DNA of 37,242 nucleotides from contig CAZDMH010000034.1 in the NCBI GenBank assembly GCA_964506755.1, positions 1-37,242 on the forward strand. Direction: 5' to 3'. Positions 9,700-18,714 of this stretch are shown piece after piece. Source of the DNA: an uncultured Spirochaetales bacterium (GTDB lineage: Bacteria > Spirochaetota > Spirochaetia > DAHUYW01). How positions within the stretch are numbered: the first letter of the stretch is position 1; each line of letters opens with the position of its first letter. Under the pieces are notes generated by a model. The model made no database searches. It was not told where the DNA came from and saw only the letters and a program-made list of their open reading frames with translations. The position numbers were made by a program, and so were the translations under genes.

Positions 9700-11259
9700 A
9701 TGATTCTGCATAATGGAAAGGTGCTCACATTCGACCAGCCCGGACGGGTAGTCGATGCAGTGGCAATGGAGGGAGAACGGATCGTCGCTGCCGGAACGAT
9801 AGAGGAGGTTCGCGCTGCGGCCCGAGGCAGGGAGAAGGAGATAAACCTTCGCGGGAGAACCGTCATTCCCGGCTTCAACGACAATCATATCCACCTCGTC
9901 AACATGGGAGACTACTTCTCGACTCCGAATCTCGCCGGTCTCAACGAGAAGGGAATCGTTGAGCTCCTGAAAGAGGCGTACAAGAACGCCACGCCCGGCG
10001 AGCTGCTCGTCGGAAACGGATGGGACTATCCCGACTGCGTCCGGCCTCATCGTGCGATCCTCGACGAGGCCTTTCCTGATAATCCGGTGGCGCTCTTTCA
10101 ATACTCCGGACACGGAGTGTGGGTAAGCAGCACTCTGCTCGAAAAGGTGAAGGTCCGTCGTTCAACTACAGACCCGGTTGGTGGGAAGATTGTCCGCGGA
10201 GATGACGGAGAACCGACAGGCGTCCTCTATGATGCCGCAGCGCGACCGCTCCATCTCATGAGGAACGATCTGCGAATGAAGAATCCCGAGGGGCTCGATC
10301 GCCTTCTCGAGAAGGCGTTGACGCTCCTGCGGGAGAACGGTGTGACGTCGGTACAGGACAACACTTGGTACCCGCAGCTCGTCAAGCTCTATCACAGATT
10401 CGAGCGTGAAGGGAGGCTCACAGCCCGAGTTTCCTGTTGGTCGGATGGCAGGTCGCGGCACCGCAAACGACGGGTTGAGCGTATGAAGTACGACGGATCG
10501 ATGCTCAGCCTCGGACCGGCCAAGTACTTTCTCGACGGCACCTTCTCCACGAAGACGGCCTGGCTGCTCGAGCCCTATCCAGATGATCCCGGGAACACAG
10601 GCATTCCGATGGGATCTGTCGAATGGATACACGAGCTCGTCCGCCGTTCGGCCGCTGCAGGCCGCCAAGCGGCATTTCACGCTATCGGAGATCGAGCCGT
10701 TCGGGAGATGATAAACGGTGTCGAAGCCGCAGCTGCGAGATATCCGGGTATTCGGGAGATGAGGATGCGAATAGAGCACGGGCAGCTCATCTCCAACGAG
10801 GACATCCCGCGAATACGTGATCTGGGGATCGTCGTATCGGCGCAGCCTCACGCCCTTGGAACCCCGGAGAAGGACCACGCATTTCTCGGGGAACAACGAG
10901 CGAGGGGTGCCTATCCCTACCGGTCGCTTCTCGATGCAAAGGCGCGACTCGCATTTGGTTCCGACGTACCCGGTGAGTCGACCTACCGGCCGCTGCTCGC
11001 AATCCACCGCGTCGTCAATCGCGATTCGCCGGAGACAATTACGGCGGAGGAGGCGATCCACTCCTACACCTACGGTTCGGCCTACGCCGAGTTCAAGGAG
11101 GAGGAGAAGGGGACAATCGCACCCGGCAAGGTCGCCGATCTCACGGTGCTCGAGGAGAATCCGCTGGAGGTGGAGCCGGAACGAATCAAGGATATTCGGG
11201 TTGACACAACGATCGTGGGCGGCAGAATTGTCTACGAGCGATCGAACGACGTCCGCTGA
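9700..11259 (+). CDS. Amidohydrolase-3 family (YtcJ-like) metal-dependent hydrolase
   Basis: MILHNGKVLTF…VIPGFNDNHIHL contains the HxH metal site. AAGGGGA precedes the ATG at 9700. The length and overall pattern match Amidohydro_3. Confidence 0.85.
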   Translation: MILHNGKVLTFDQPGRVVDAVAMEGERIVAAGTIEEVRAAARGREKEINLRGRTVIPGFNDNHIHLVNMGDYFSTPNLAGLNEKGIVELLKEAYKNATPGELLVGNGWDYPDCVRPHRAILDEAFPDNPVALFQYSGHGVWVSSTLLEKVKVRRSTTDPVGGKIVRGDDGEPTGVLYDAAARPLHLMRNDLRMKNPEGLDRLLEKALTLLRENGVTSVQDNTWYPQLVKLYHRFEREGRLTARVSCWSDGRSRHRKRRVERMKYDGSMLSLGPAKYFLDGTFSTKTAWLLEPYPDDPGNTGIPMGSVEWIHELVRRSAAAGRQAAFHAIGDRAVREMINGVEAAAARYPGIREMRMRIEHGQLISNEDIPRIRDLGIVVSAQPHALGTPEKDHAFLGEQRARGAYPYRSLLDAKARLAFGSDVPGESTYRPLLAIHRVVNRDSPETITAEEAIHSYTYGSAYAEFKEEEKGTIAPGKVADLTVLEENPLEVEPERIKDIRVDTTIVGGRIVYERSNDVR

Positions 11260-11286
11260 GCGGGCGGCGAGTGAGGTGGCAGGATC

Positions 11287-11925
11287 ATGAAGACGATAGT
11301 CTGTTTCGGCGATTCGAATACGTGGGGTTACAACGGCGAGACCGGCACGCGACATGCGCGCGAGCATCGCTGGCCGCTCGTTCTCGCGGCAACCCTCGGT
11401 GACGGCTACGACGTAATCCCTGAAGGGCAAAACGGCCGAACCTCCGTCGTGGAAGATCTCATCGAGGGTCCGAAGCGCGGCAGGGACTACCTTCTCCCCT
11501 GCCTGGAGAGTCATATGCCGGTCGACCTCCTCGTGCTTCTTCTCGGGACGAACGACCTGAAACATCGCTACGGCCTCTCTGCGTGGGATATCGCACAGGG
11601 GGTGGGGGTGTTGGCTCGGATGGCGCAGTCTTCGCCCTTCGGTCCCGACGGGCGCGCACCCGAGGTTCTATTGATCGCTCCGCCGCCCGTCGCGAAGTTG
11701 ACCGGCTTCGCCGAGATGTTCGAGGGCGCCGCAGAGAAATCCCGAGGGCTCGGGCGGCAGTACCGAGCGGTAGCCGAAGAGCTCGGCTGCAGGTTTCTCG
11801 ACGCGGGAGAGCTCGTCCGATCGAGCGACTCGGACGGGATCCACCTCGAAGCTGAGGAGCAGGTGAAGCTCGGCAAGGCGGTTGCAGACGAGGTGCGAAG
11901 GCTCTTTGGCCCAGTTACCCTTTAG
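11287..11925 (+). CDS. SGNH/GDSL hydrolase (arylesterase/lipase-like)
   Basis: The GDSx motif is in MKTIVCFGDSNTWGY. Block III is LLGTNDL and block V is DGIHL. Confidence 0.85.
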   Translation: MKTIVCFGDSNTWGYNGETGTRHAREHRWPLVLAATLGDGYDVIPEGQNGRTSVVEDLIEGPKRGRDYLLPCLESHMPVDLLVLLLGTNDLKHRYGLSAWDIAQGVGVLARMAQSSPFGPDGRAPEVLLIAPPPVAKLTGFAEMFEGAAEKSRGLGRQYRAVAEELGCRFLDAGELVRSSDSDGIHLEAEEQVKLGKAVADEVRRLFGPVTL

Positions 11926-11936
11926 CGCCGACGCGA

Positions 11937-13229
11937 ATGAACCTCGAGCGACAAATCAAGCACCACCTGCTTGCTCGTCCACAGACGGCTCGATTCTCAC
12001 CGGGACCGGGCTGCGGTGAGGCGTTGGAAACGGAGCTTCGAGCCCTTCTTGCCGATTTGAAGACCCCCCAATCGGGACAGGCTGACCCAGGTGCAGTGAG
12101 GACTGTGCGAGACGGCATCCTTGTTGAACGCATACGCTACCGCTCCTTGCTCGAGCTCGTGATGAGGGTCTCGACTGCGCAAGATGTCTTCCTTGGTATC
12201 GCCGAGGCGCCGGCTCACAATCGAGAGGGGCTATCCGGGCTTCTCCGTACGGTTCACTGGCGATTCTACTTCCGAGACGGCGACGAGGCACTTCTTCGAA
12301 TCGAATCCGAGGCGAGCACCCTCTATCACAAGGGGCTCATCCGGGAGCTCATCAGTCGTGAGCTTGCAGCACGCGGAATCAACGTGGTCCGGCCTTCCGT
12401 CGGAGCAGCCGACACGGCAACTCCCTTGAGATTGAACGTCCGCATCCTCCATAACCTTTGCCGAATCGAGATATCGCTCGCCGGCTATCCGCTGTGGCAC
12501 CGAGGATATCGAGCGAGCTTTCACACCGTCGCTCCTTTGCGCGAGGATATTGCGCAGTCTGCGATCCGCCTCTCCCTCTTTGATGCGGAAGCGGACGCAA
12601 TACTCGTCCCTTTTGCGGGTTCGGGAACACTGCTCTTCGAGTATCTGATCGCGAGCCATCGAATCCCTCCCTTCGTGTTCGGCCGAGGATATGCCTTCGA
12701 ACGCTTTCCCGCAGAGACGCCTCCTTCGGTCGGTTGGATGAGGCAGCGTCATCTCGAAGAGCTCGCGTCGCGGATTTCTTCTGCAGGACATCTCGCCGTC
12801 CGCTTGATCGATCGCAGCGAGCCCGCCGTCGAATCGGGGCGACACAACTGGGAGAGGTTCGGGTCACTCCTGGCGGCCGCTCGACTGCCGGCCATTCCGT
12901 TGGATTTGGGCTTTGTATGTGCGGACGTCTTTTCTCGCCCGTGGCGCGAGTGGCTTCCCGCCGAGACCGAGAAGGTCTTCCTGCCCCTCAATCCGCCCTA
13001 CGGCCTCCGGCTTGCGAATGTATCGACCGACAGGCTCTATCGGCGCATCGGCCGGGCCTGCACGGGTTTTGCCGAATCGCTCGGCGCGCAACACCTTTCA
13101 GGCTTCATTCTCTGCCCGACCGAGTCGAGTTGGCGGGCGTTCCTCGGTTCTTCCTCCCGCCTCACCTCGACTACATCGCATTTTTCTCAGGGGGGGCTCG
13201 ATATCCGGCTGTGCCGCTTCCGTTCATAG
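11937..13229 (+). CDS. THUMP-domain class I SAM-dependent RNA methyltransferase (RlmL/UPF0020-like)
   Basis: The N-terminal region is THUMP-like. The catalytic motif is LPLNPPYGLRLA (NPPY). Confidence 0.7.
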   Translation: MNLERQIKHHLLARPQTARFSPGPGCGEALETELRALLADLKTPQSGQADPGAVRTVRDGILVERIRYRSLLELVMRVSTAQDVFLGIAEAPAHNREGLSGLLRTVHWRFYFRDGDEALLRIESEASTLYHKGLIRELISRELAARGINVVRPSVGAADTATPLRLNVRILHNLCRIEISLAGYPLWHRGYRASFHTVAPLREDIAQSAIRLSLFDAEADAILVPFAGSGTLLFEYLIASHRIPPFVFGRGYAFERFPAETPPSVGWMRQRHLEELASRISSAGHLAVRLIDRSEPAVESGRHNWERFGSLLAAARLPAIPLDLGFVCADVFSRPWREWLPAETEKVFLPLNPPYGLRLANVSTDRLYRRIGRACTGFAESLGAQHLSGFILCPTESSWRAFLGSSSRLTSTTSHFSQGGLDIRLCRFRS

Positions 13230-13373
13230 CTCACCGGGCTCTGAAGCTTCCGTCTGACGCCCGCTTCATCATTACGCTTGCTGAGATGCTCGATCCTTGC
13301 CGGAGTGCGGGGAACTTTGGTACCTTATTCAGAAGGTTATGTTTCAGCGACCGGCGTGCTCGGGAGGATTGAA

Positions 13374-13706
13374 ATGTCGGATGAAGACAAGGATATAGAC
13401 ATCGGGTCTGACGAGAATGTCGACGTCCTCGAAAAGCCGGAAGACGAAGTCAAAGAGCCGGACATGTACAAGGTGGTGCTGCATAACGACGACTACACCA
13501 CCAAAGAGTTCGTCGTTCAGGTGCTCGCCGAGGTATTCCACAAATCATTCCCTGAGGCCACCAACATCATGCTCCGGGCTCACCGAAACGGCAAGGCCGT
13601 CGTGGAAACCTATACCTATGACATCGCTCAAACGAAGGTAAAACAGGTTCATCAGAAGGCAAAACAGAAGGGTTATCCCTTGCGTTGTTCCGTGGAACCG
13701 GACTGA
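13374..13706 (+). CDS. clpS: ATP-dependent Clp protease adaptor ClpS
   Basis: MYKVVLHNDDYTTKEFVVQVLAEVFHKS…ATNIMLRAHRNGKAVV is the ClpS core. A GGGAGGA RBS lies upstream of the ATG at 13374. Confidence 0.9.
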   Translation: MSDEDKDIDIGSDENVDVLEKPEDEVKEPDMYKVVLHNDDYTTKEFVVQVLAEVFHKSFPEATNIMLRAHRNGKAVVETYTYDIAQTKVKQVHQKAKQKGYPLRCSVEPD

Positions 13707-14836
13707 TCGGCTTGCTCGGGTCGTTTGCTTGGAGACGAGGAGCCGTCGGGGGGCCGAGCGCCGGCGCCGGCTGATCCCACGTCGGGAAGCTTCCCCTTGG
13801 CGAGGTCATCGAGCATCGTGCCGAGCGACATTCCCGAGAGTGCGCTCGAGGGGAGAAGAACGATGGTTCCGTTCTGTCTGATCCCCTCATAGATCATATT
13901 CATCGCCCTCAGGTGGAGTGCCGTCGGATCATCGCGATAATTGTTCGCTGCTTCGACGAACTTCTCCGAAATCTCGATCTCCGCCGTGCCGAGGATGACC
14001 CGCGACTGCCGCTCGCGCTCCGCCTGAGCCCTCCTCGACATCGCATTCTCGAGCTCCTTGGGAAGCACGATGTCCCTGATTTCGACCGAAAGAATCGTGA
14101 TCCCCCACGGCGAGGTCTTGGTGTCGACTATTCGTCTGATTTCGTCTCCGAGACGTTCGCGTTCCTCCAGGAGCGAGGAGAGCTCGTTTTTTCCGATTGC
14201 GTCGCGGAGGGCCGTCTGGGCGGATAGCACGATCGCTTCGATGTAGTTCTCGACTTCGAGCACAGCTTTCTGAGGATCCCATACCATCCAGAACGCAATC
14301 GCATCGACATAGACCGGCACCGTATCTTTCGTGATCGTGTTCTCGGCGCTGAAGTCGGTTGCCCGGATGCGGGTATCGACGAAACGCGTTACGTGGTCGG
14401 CAATCGGCAGAATCCAGAATACCCCCGGTCCCCGCAATCCCCGAAAACGGCCGAAGCGGAGTATGACCGCCTTCTCCCAATGGCGGGCGATCTGGAGCAT
14501 CGGCGAGACGAGGAGCGCGGCCGTCTCGGAAACCGCCAACGGATAGAACGATGTCCCGAAGACGGCGATGATCCCAGCCCAGTAGAGAACGAGCAGTCCG
14601 ATCAACACCCCCCAGGTGGACAGCGCAAACAGCACGAGTCCTCCGGCGAGGGCGCTCCCGACGAACTCAACGATATGCCACAGGTTGATCGGGGGGGTTG
14701 TGGTCAATTGCCACACGGCCCCTGCCGCAACGAACGCCACGTAGACCGTCAAGGCGAGGGCGCTGAATCTGAAATCCCTTGCGTACTGCGGCCTCTGGAT
14801 GTTCTTTATCTGATCGAAAAAATTGATGTTCGTCAT
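13673..14836 (-). CDS. SPFH/Band-7 (stomatin-like) membrane protein with an extra approximately 110-aa polytopic N-terminal domain
   Basis: ILRFGRFRGLRGPGVFWILPIADHV…VDAIAFWMVWDP…ITILSVEIRDIVLPKELENAMSRRAQAERER is the stomatin core. Three hydrophobic helices lie at the N-terminus. Its ATG overlaps the GntR stop codon (ATGA). Confidence 0.85.
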   Translation of the reverse strand: MTNINFFDQIKNIQRPQYARDFRFSALALTVYVAFVAAGAVWQLTTTPPINLWHIVEFVGSALAGGLVLFALSTWGVLIGLLVLYWAGIIAVFGTSFYPLAVSETAALLVSPMLQIARHWEKAVILRFGRFRGLRGPGVFWILPIADHVTRFVDTRIRATDFSAENTITKDTVPVYVDAIAFWMVWDPQKAVLEVENYIEAIVLSAQTALRDAIGKNELSSLLEERERLGDEIRRIVDTKTSPWGITILSVEIRDIVLPKELENAMSRRAQAERERQSRVILGTAEIEISEKFVEAANNYRDDPTALHLRAMNMIYEGIRQNGTIVLLPSSALSGMSLGTMLDDLAKGKLPDVGSAGAGARPPDGSSSPSKRPEQADQSGSTEQRKG

Positions 14837-15246
14837 TTCGCCTCCCCCCCGCCGGCACCTATCCCTTCGATTTCTTCGAGATATTCGATGATCTCGCGTA
14901 GAGAGAAGCCATAGGATGCGGCATGGGTCATGAACGAACGCGTTACCTCGGCGAGCCTGCGCTCCCGCTCGACGTCACTCAGACTGATCTGCTTGTTGCC
15001 GATGAAGGTGCCGCTGCCCTGTTGCGTCGTGACGATTCCACGTATCTCGAGCTCGTTGTAGGCGCGGGCGACGGTGTTCGGGTTGATCTTGAGCTCGACG
15101 GCAAGACTGCGTACAGTCGGCAGTTGGTCGCCGGTTCGAAGACGGCCGTCCGCCATGGCGAGCTCAACCTGGTGTATAATCTGCTTGTAGAAGGGGATGC
15201 CGTTCGTGGCATCAAGCGAGAAACTCAAGTATCCCTTTTCCTGCAT
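14833..15246 (-). CDS. GntR-family (short YtrA-like) transcriptional regulator
   Basis: The winged HTH is GDQLPTVRSLAVELKINPNTVARAYNELEIRGIVTTQQGSGTFI. It starts at MQEKGY. The ORF-track N-terminal extension is unsupported. Confidence 0.75.
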   Translation of the reverse strand: MQEKGYLSFSLDATNGIPFYKQIIHQVELAMADGRLRTGDQLPTVRSLAVELKINPNTVARAYNELEIRGIVTTQQGSGTFIGNKQISLSDVERERRLAEVTRSFMTHAASYGFSLREIIEYLEEIEGIGAGGGEAK

Positions 15247-15273
15247 CCTTGCCCCGTAGGCCGTCCGGCCAGA

Positions 15274-15295
15274 TTGTATCAATGTACTAATACAA
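15274..15295. promoter_or_regulatory. Inverted repeat TTGTAT-N10-ATACAA with a central GTAC. Candidate GntR operator in the GntR/flavin-reductase divergent region.
   Basis: ttgtatcaatgtactaatacaa is seen in the sequence, with GTATAC 7 nt further on. It sits 28 nt upstream of the GntR start codon. Confidence 0.3.
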
Positions 15296-15340
15296 ACCAA
15301 GTATACGGCACCCGACTCGAACTGACAAGGAGGTTTTTCG

Positions 15341-15850
15341 GTGAACGACACCCTCGAAGAATTCAGTCTGGACGCTCTCGACGACAATGTATTCAACCGG
15401 ATCGGAGAAGGATGGATGCTCATAACCGCAGGAGGTGCAGCGGGGTTCAACATGATGACGGCCAGCTGGGGCGGGCTTGGCGTGCTGTGGGGTCGGCAAG
15501 TTGTCTTCTGCTTTGTGCGCCCAAGCCGCTATACCTTCGGGTTCATGGAGAAAGCAGGTCATTTTTCGCTGTCGTTTTTTGCCGAAGAGTACCGCAAGGA
15601 TCTTTCCTTCTGCGGCGAACATTCGGGAAGAGAGGTCGACAAAGCAGCCGAAACGGGGCTGTCCCCGGTCTTTGACCCATCCGGCGCGGTCTACTTTTCT
15701 CAGGCGAACCTCGTATTGCTAAGCCGCAAGATATACTGCCAGGACATCGATCCAGCCCATTTCCTCGATGAATCCATCGCCGAGAACTACTTGAACGGGG
15801 ACTTCCATCGAATGTACATCGGAGAGATTCTTCGCTCCCTTCGAAAGTAG
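15341..15850 (+). CDS. Flavin-reductase-like FMN-binding split-barrel protein (flavoredoxin family)
   Basis: It has a GTG start with an AGGAGG RBS 7 nt upstream. ITAGGAAGFNMMTASWGGLGVLWGRQVVFCFVRPSRYT matches the Flavin_Reduct pattern. Confidence 0.8.
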   Translation: MNDTLEEFSLDALDDNVFNRIGEGWMLITAGGAAGFNMMTASWGGLGVLWGRQVVFCFVRPSRYTFGFMEKAGHFSLSFFAEEYRKDLSFCGEHSGREVDKAAETGLSPVFDPSGAVYFSQANLVLLSRKIYCQDIDPAHFLDESIAENYLNGDFHRMYIGEILRSLRK

Positions 15851-15914
15851 CCTGTCGCATCAACGGGACGCATCATATCTGGTGAATTGTTAAGAAACTT
15901 CATCCTAATTATTG

Positions 15915-15943
15915 TTGACAAAAAGAATTGCCGTCGTTATGTT
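15915..15943 (+). promoter_or_regulatory. Sigma70-like promoter TTGACA-N17-TATGTT ending 8 nt before the PBP start codon (near-leaderless)
   Basis: The -35 is a perfect TTGACA. The spacer is 17 nt. The -10 is TATGTT. The ATG is at 15952. Confidence 0.4.
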
Positions 15944-15951
15944 AGGCAGAA

Positions 15952-18714
15952 ATGCGACCTACGAGCAGGCGGCGTCTTGTCTCTGGAGTCTTGATCGCCC
16001 TGAGCGTTTTTATAGCCGTTGGGTTCGGTGTCGGAGTTGGTGCAGCGCTGGCAAAGACCGACAGCATCCCGCAAGCGTGGGATATCGGTCGGCCGCATAC
16101 CTCTCTCCCCACGCAAATCCTTGACCGAAATGGCAAACTCATCGCCGAGTACTCAGGAGCGGCCAACCACCAGATCATCCCGTTGGACAAGCTGCCGAAA
16201 TACCTCATTCAGGCACTTCTCACCCGCGAGGATCAGAACTTCTTCCACGAGGGTGCCTTCAGCCTCCGCGGAACCTTTCGCGCCGCTTGGAATATCCTCG
16301 TCGGCCACTATTTCTCAGGGGGCAGTACCATCACCCAGCAGCTTGCGGGTTTGCTGTATGCCGATCGGAGCCATAAGACGATCGTTCGAAAGCTCAAAGA
16401 GCTCTGGTATGCGTTCCAGCTCGAGAAGCGCCTCACGAAGGACCAGATTCTCCAGATGTACCTGAACACCGTCTACTTCGGTCGCAACAACTACGGCATC
16501 GAGGCCGCCTCCGAGTACTACTACGGTCATCCGGCAAGCCGGCTGACCCTTGCGGAGTCCGTGATGCTCGTCATCCAGCTCGCCGACCCCGCACGCTACT
16601 ACTGGCTGAAGCACCCCGACCGGGCGCGGGTCATCCAACATGTCGTTCTTCAAGAGATGGTCAAAAAGGGATATGTGACTCAGGAACAGGCTGATCAATC
16701 GTTCACAGACTTCTGGGACACCTATCCCTACTCCCGGGCTGCATCGACGGGGCTCTCCGGGATCAACGGCAGCAAAGCGCCATATTTTACCGAGTACGTC
16801 CGACAGCGCCTCGAACAGGATCTCTACGGCAACCTCAACTATCTTCGCGACGGGCTCGTGGTGCATACCACACTCGATTTGGGAGATCAGCAATACGCCC
16901 AGAAGTTGATGGAGAAATCGATCGAGAAGTTCAACACCGTCTACCATCAGAATGCCACCAAGATCTCCTCCACGGTTACCAAGAGCTTCTATCCGGTTCT
17001 GAATCTCCTGTCGCTGAGCTTCAATCTCCCTCAGGTTGCTCAACTCGATCAGGCGAAGAGTCAAACCTCGGCGATCGGGAGCTATCTGACCCGGATCAAT
17101 CCCTCGATTGATGTCCTCTCGATGGTCTTCGGTCTCAATCGCGTTCATCTTGCCTCCATCCAGGCTCATATTCAGCGACGAAAGAAGGAACAGAAGACCA
17201 CCGTACAAGGCGCGCTCATCGCTCTGGACGATCACACTGGCGAGATCATCTCGATGGTAGGCGGCTACAACTACGCGACTTCGAACTTCAACCGCGCGGT
17301 CGATGCGCAAGTTCAACCCGGCTCCTCGTTCAAGCCCCTCTACTACTCGGCCGCAATCTCATCTCACAAGTTCACCGTGGCGACGATGCTGCCGGATCGA
17401 CCGGTCGTCTTCTTCAATCCGGACGGAACGGTATATCGCCCTTATGACTACCTCGGGCAGTGGCAGGGCCGCGTGTCATTGCGCTGGGCGCTTCAAGACT
17501 CGATCAACGTGCCGTCACTCGAGGTCCTCCAGGGTGTGGGTTTCGACAAGGCGGTCAATCGTGCCGCACGCCTGCTCGGAATGGAGAAGAAGAAGAACAG
17601 CAATCACTACTTCCCCCATCTCTGGCCGCTCGGTCTCGGGATAACGCCGCTCGCTCCGATCAACATGGCGAGGGCCTACGCGACCTTCCCGAATCAAGGA
17701 CGAGAGGTCGATCCGATTGCGATCAAATACGTGCAGGACCGCATGAACGGCAACATCGTGCTCCAGCCAGAGCGTGATCTGCGGGAGAAACAGAAGCATA
17801 TGGGAAGCAGGCTGCAGATCATGTCTCCCCAGGCAGCCTATATCATGGTGGATTTGTTGAAGAGCGTCGTGACGGCGGGAACTCTGTGGCAAACCCCCTT
17901 CGACGTCCACGGTTTTGACGGTATGCCGATGGCGGGAAAGACCGGCACCACCCAAAACTGGTCGGATGCCTGGACGGTCGGTTTTTCACCCTACTACACG
18001 ACGGCGGTCTGGTTCGGTTTCGACCAGCGAGGCGGCTCCCTCGGGCTCGGTCAGACGGGAGCGACGGCCGCCGGCCCGGTTTGGGCCCATTTCATGAAGC
18101 ATGCCGACACGGGTCTTCCCGTCATCAAGTTCACAAAACCTGCGACCGGTCTCGTAACCGTCCGGGTTGACTGCAACAGCGGGAAGCTGCCCACGAAGTA
18201 TTCCAGCTGCACGAAAGACGAGATTTTCATTGCAGGGACCGAACCTCGCCGTTTCGACACGCTGTCAGAGTACGATGTCTCCCGCGACTCGAATGTGGTC
18301 AGCAAGCTGCAGAACTCTGCGATCATTCAGGGATTCTCGGGAGCCGAGCCGACATCGCTCGGCTCGATACCCTCCGATTCCATCTCACCGGACAGCCTGC
18401 TGACCACGCCGGGGCAACTCGGTGTGAGCGGCCCTCCCGGCGGTGGAACGGGGGAGGTGCCCTTGGGTCAGGGAGCCGCGGGATCGGCCGCTCCTCCCAA
18501 GACGCTCTCCGGAGCCTACGAAAGCTCCGGAACAGCACTCGGCTCGGGGCCGAGCAGTACATCGAGCGGGACCGGTGGCTCTGCGAACGCGGGTTCGGGC
18601 AACACCGGGAACGGCACCTCCGGCGTCTCCGGAGGTGCCGGATCAACGGGACGCGGCACAGGGAGCGCGACGGCAAACCCTGGGAGCGGCGGGGTCAACC
18701 CGCTGCTGGACTGA
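15952..18714 (+). CDS. Class A penicillin-binding protein (bifunctional glycosyltransferase/transpeptidase, PBP1A-type)
   Basis: GT51 motifs REDQNFFHEG, GGSTITQQ and RKLKE are present. Transpeptidase motifs SSFKP, SIN and KTGT are present. There is an N-terminal TM anchor. The C-terminus is an approximately 150-aa Gly/Ser/Thr/Pro-rich tail. Confidence 0.95.
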   Translation: MRPTSRRRLVSGVLIALSVFIAVGFGVGVGAALAKTDSIPQAWDIGRPHTSLPTQILDRNGKLIAEYSGAANHQIIPLDKLPKYLIQALLTREDQNFFHEGAFSLRGTFRAAWNILVGHYFSGGSTITQQLAGLLYADRSHKTIVRKLKELWYAFQLEKRLTKDQILQMYLNTVYFGRNNYGIEAASEYYYGHPASRLTLAESVMLVIQLADPARYYWLKHPDRARVIQHVVLQEMVKKGYVTQEQADQSFTDFWDTYPYSRAASTGLSGINGSKAPYFTEYVRQRLEQDLYGNLNYLRDGLVVHTTLDLGDQQYAQKLMEKSIEKFNTVYHQNATKISSTVTKSFYPVLNLLSLSFNLPQVAQLDQAKSQTSAIGSYLTRINPSIDVLSMVFGLNRVHLASIQAHIQRRKKEQKTTVQGALIALDDHTGEIISMVGGYNYATSNFNRAVDAQVQPGSSFKPLYYSAAISSHKFTVATMLPDRPVVFFNPDGTVYRPYDYLGQWQGRVSLRWALQDSINVPSLEVLQGVGFDKAVNRAARLLGMEKKKNSNHYFPHLWPLGLGITPLAPINMARAYATFPNQGREVDPIAIKYVQDRMNGNIVLQPERDLREKQKHMGSRLQIMSPQAAYIMVDLLKSVVTAGTLWQTPFDVHGFDGMPMAGKTGTTQNWSDAWTVGFSPYYTTAVWFGFDQRGGSLGLGQTGATAAGPVWAHFMKHADTGLPVIKFTKPATGLVTVRVDCNSGKLPTKYSSCTKDEIFIAGTEPRRFDTLSEYDVSRDSNVVSKLQNSAIIQGFSGAEPTSLGSIPSDSISPDSLLTTPGQLGVSGPPGGGTGEVPLGQGAAGSAAPPKTLSGAYESSGTALGSGPSSTSSGTGGSANAGSGNTGNGTSGVSGGAGSTGRGTGSATANPGSGGVNPLLD

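Noticed and set aside
9604-10113. N-terminal 170-aa extension of the 5-FCL ORF
   Set aside because: It overlaps the well-supported divergent amidohydrolase gene. MTHFS family proteins are about 200 aa.
10162-11565. 467-aa minus-strand ORF antisense to the amidohydrolase gene. Similar long antisense ORFs: 16315..17316, 25400..26131, 26348..27022, 21978..22592, 20954..21538, 30322..31011, 19352..20029, 7523..8143, 12231..12845.
   Set aside because: All lie opposite ORFs with strong family motifs. They are Arg/Pro/Gly-rich with no recognisable domains or RBSs, which is typical of GC-rich antisense frames.
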